DNA from: Clostridia bacterium
GTDB taxonomy: Bacteria > Bacillota > Clostridia > Oscillospirales > Acutalibacteraceae
Length of the DNA stretch: 64,000 nucleotides
NCBI GenBank assembly: GCA_017443405.1
Contig: JAFRXS010000208.1
Location: forward strand, 625 to 64,624
Direction of reading: 5' to 3'
The position numbers and the translations under genes are program-made. Below the pieces are notes generated by a model. It made no database searches. It was not told where the DNA came from and saw nothing but the letters and a program-made list of their open reading frames with translations. Below are positions 61,546-64,000 of the stretch, piece by piece. Each line of letters opens with the position of its first letter. The stretch's first letter is position 1.

Positions 61546-62673
61546 TTACCCGGCAGCCGCCCGATCCTTCTTTTCTCCGGGCTTCCGGCATTTCGCCGCC
61601 TTTTTTATCCTGTTCCAGAGCAGGCTCGCCCCGACCGTCAGCAGGCAGACGGCGACGGAGAGCGGCGCTCCCGCGGCGGGGTGAAGGAGACCGCCGGATG
61701 AAAGCTTGACGGCGATATACCCGATCAGCATGAACGGCCACTGCAGCACGTAGATATTCGTGATATTGCGCGAAAGATACTCCGCGCCCTTCTTCGCTCT
61801 GCCTTTTACGATATGCGCCGCGGCGAAGAACAGCGCCGCCCACACGACCTCCTGACTGATATACCATACGGCGGCGGGCAGTATCTGCGAATGATACATG
61901 TCCGTGAGTAAATAATCCGTGATATCGAAGTCGGTGAGGCGGAATATCACGCTCGCCGCCGCGCAGACCGCCGCTCCGCAGGCTGCGCAGATGATATAGA
62001 ATCTGCGTTTGTTCGCCGTCCGTTTAAGAAGCCCGCCGAAAAGCATCCCGGATGCCGCGTATATGAAGAACGGGAAAAGAGGGTACATCGTGATCGACGT
62101 CGAGCCGGTGAACAACAGCGTGCCCGCGAGATACCTCACGGCGGTCGGGCTCCCGTCGAACGCTCCCGTCAGGAACGTGGAGGCGCAAAGCTGCATAACG
62201 AGCGCCGTCAGCGCGATCGCCCACGGCCTGAACCTCAGTTTTTTGAGCAGGGCGGTCAGCAGGAAAGTCAGCCCCGCGAACTGCAGTATCTCCGTCGTGA
62301 AGACGAGGTACAGATCTCCGCCGGCGGCGAGCTCCTTCACGTTGAAGCCGGTGAATATCAGGCTCGGTAAAACGTCCTTCGCGAAATTGAGAAGGTAGCC
62401 CTCAAGCATCAGCTTGACGCCGCGTTTCGCGAATGCGTCGGGGGAGGAGCGCGACGTGTAGACCATGCCTATCCCCATACAGAAGATAAAAAGCCCCGAT
62501 GCGGAGTTTCCCAGATAGTATATAACATGTTTCAGAAGATCGTCGTTCACGCCGGCTGTCGTCATAAGATCGAACACGTGGCATACTATCATGGTTATGA
62601 TGCTGAACGCTTTTATGAGGTCTATCTCGAACTGTCTTCCCGCGTTCGGGAATCCGGTCTTCAAGTCGGTCAT
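61546..62673 (-). CDS. acyltransferase-3/DUF1624-like integral membrane protein
   Basis: RQFEIDLIKAFSIITMIVCH fits the R-x3-(I/L)D-x2-(R/K)-x9-H N-terminal signature of membrane O-acyltransferases. About 10 TM helices. Confidence 0.5.
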   Translation of the reverse strand: MTDLKTGFPNAGRQFEIDLIKAFSIITMIVCHVFDLMTTAGVNDDLLKHVIYYLGNSASGLFIFCMGIGMVYTSRSSPDAFAKRGVKLMLEGYLLNFAKDVLPSLIFTGFNVKELAAGGDLYLVFTTEILQFAGLTFLLTALLKKLRFRPWAIALTALVMQLCASTFLTGAFDGSPTAVRYLAGTLLFTGSTSITMYPLFPFFIYAASGMLFGGLLKRTANKRRFYIICAACGAAVCAAASVIFRLTDFDITDYLLTDMYHSQILPAAVWYISQEVVWAALFFAAAHIVKGRAKKGAEYLSRNITNIYVLQWPFMLIGYIAVKLSSGGLLHPAAGAPLSVAVCLLTVGASLLWNRIKKAAKCRKPGEKKDRAAAG

Positions 62674-62694
62674 TTCACTTAAGCTCCGTCTCTG

Positions 62695-62723
62695 TTGACT
62701 TTATAGAATAATGATAGTATAAT
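62695..62723 (+). promoter_or_regulatory. consensus sigma-A promoter for paaK
   Basis: TTGACT (62695-62700), 17-nt spacer, TATAAT (62718-62723). Confidence 0.6.
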
Positions 62724-62739
62724 ATTAATGTTTTGTCAA
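62711..62739 (-). promoter_or_regulatory. sigma-A promoter for the acyltransferase gene
   Basis: On the minus strand: TTGACA (complement 62734-62739), 17-nt spacer, TATCAT (complement 62711-62716). It interdigitates with the paaK promoter. Confidence 0.55.
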
Positions 62740-62773
62740 GCTGATCCAATCCTTAAACTCCCGGGGGACTCCA

Positions 62774-64000
62774 ATGCGTATTTCCGAATTTCAGTTTGAT
62801 CTCATAAGACGCGAGGTCGCAGTCCTGCCTTCGGTCTCTGAATTTTACAGAAAAAAATACGAGGGCGTCGACGTGAACTCTGTCAGGACTCTCGAGGACT
62901 TTCAAAAACTGCCCTTCCTGAGCAAGGAGGATCTGCGAGAGGCGTACCCCATGGGGCTCGCTGCCGTTCCGGCCGACCGGATCGTCAGGGTGCATTCCTC
63001 GTCCGGCACGACCGGGACGCCGGTCATAATACCCTACACGGCGAAGGACGTCGAGGATTGGGCGGTCATGATGGAGAGATGCCTCATGTACGCCGGCGTC
63101 ACAAGACAGGATATAGTCCAGATCACCCCGGGTTACGGTCTCAACACGTCCGGCATCGGTTTCCAGACTGCGGTCGAAAGGCTCGGCGCAATGGCCCTCC
63201 CGATAGGTCCGGGCAATACCGACAAGCAGCTGAAAATGATGACGGATCTCGGCTCCACGGTCATCGGCGCCACCGCGTCGTACGCTCTTGTCCTCGCTGA
63301 GGAGATAGCGAAAAGGGGCATAGGCGATAAGATAAAGCTCCGTACCGGTCTTATCGGCTCGGAGCGCTGCGGTCCGAAGATGCGCGAGCGCATCAAAAAC
63401 GAGCTCGGCATAGAGTATCACGAGCTTTTACGGCATCACCGAGATCTACGGTCCCGGAGTCGCCGTGTCCTGCAAACACGACTGCGGCATGCATATCTGG
63501 ACCGACTTTTACTATATCGAGATCATAGATCCCGTTACGGGCGAGGTCCTGCCCGACGGTGAGATCGGCGAGCTCGTTTTCACCACCCTGCGCAAGGAGG
63601 GCGCGCCGCTTATCCGCTACAGGACTCACGATCTTACGCGCATCATCCCGGGCGACTGCCCCTGCGGCAGCGAGTATCCCCGCATAGACGAGATCTTCGG
63701 CAGGAGCGACGATATGGTCAAGATCAAGGGCGTCTGCGTGTTCCCGGGGCAGGTCGATTCCCTGCTTGCGGACGTTCCGTTCGCGAGCAGCGAGTTCCGG
63801 CTCGTCGTCGACCGAAAGGACGGGCGCGATACCTGCGGGCTCGAGGTCGAGATCCTGCCCGGCGCCGATCCGGGCGCAGCCGCGGCCGCGATCGCTTCGG
63901 AATTCAGAAAAAAAACGGGTATCTCCGCCGTCGTAAGGGTTTCGGAGATCGGCAGTCTTCCCAGAAGCGAGGGCAAGACCAAAAGAGTGATCGACAAGAG
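62774..64000 (+). pseudogene. paaK: phenylacetate-CoA ligase with an apparent +1 frameshift (or homopolymer sequencing error); C-terminus at or beyond the window edge
   Basis: Frame 1 (62774..63425) contains SSGTTGTPV (AMP-binding P-loop) and typical PaaK blocks. From 63426 a different frame continues the homology: FYGITEIYGPGVAVSC...GRSDDMVKIKGVCVFPGQV...LPRSEGKTKRVID. The switch falls at the T4 run 63426-63429. Confidence 0.75.

Overview
This window looks like a chromosomal segment from a moderately GC-rich Gram-positive bacterium. It is probably a member of the Clostridia, judging by a type-I dockerin module, CotH-family proteins, very canonical TTGAC(A/T)-N16/17-TATAAT promoters and GGAGG-type ribosome-binding sites. 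That taxon call is an inference.

Positions 1-26 kb carry ordinary housekeeping and accessory genes:
- thyA-folA, murA, an alpha/beta hydrolase and a phosphohexomutase
- a PadR/DUF1700-like/DUF4097-like triad
- a GPH sugar symporter
- an AT-rich single-gene AAA ATPase islet
- a secreted CHAP-dockerin protein
- SGNH and NUDIX hydrolases, and a higBA toxin-antitoxin pair
- a sodium:solute symporter
- a long minus-strand gene string: metF, metH, proB, a beta-lactamase/GDPD fusion, a LarA-like protein, two membrane proteins and a GH43-like protein

Positions 26.2-61.5 kb form the notable part, a tightly packed locus of about 35 kb in three transcription units. It encodes:
- six cobalamin-type (class B) radical SAM proteins in two size classes
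- a soluble GT2 and a GtrB/ArnC-type membrane GT2
- a DegT-family aminotransferase
- four tandem paralogous membrane proteins of about 420 aa
- two further orphan membrane proteins
- six paralogous membrane proteins of about 615-650 aa with a GT-C-like Asp-Glu loop motif
- two membrane-anchored CotH-family kinases

I recognise no initiating phosphoglycosyltransferase, Wzx/Wzy/Wzz, ABC exporter, nucleotide-sugar dehydratase, regulator or precursor peptide in this locus. It does not match any characterised pathway I know. I interpret it as a candidate novel envelope-glycan or lipid-linked-sugar tailoring system.

The window ends with an acyltransferase-family membrane protein and a paaK gene that carries an apparent +1 frameshift. 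I saw no rRNA, tRNA, CRISPR array, transposase or integrase. All functional calls rest on motif recognition by eye, and no database search was run.
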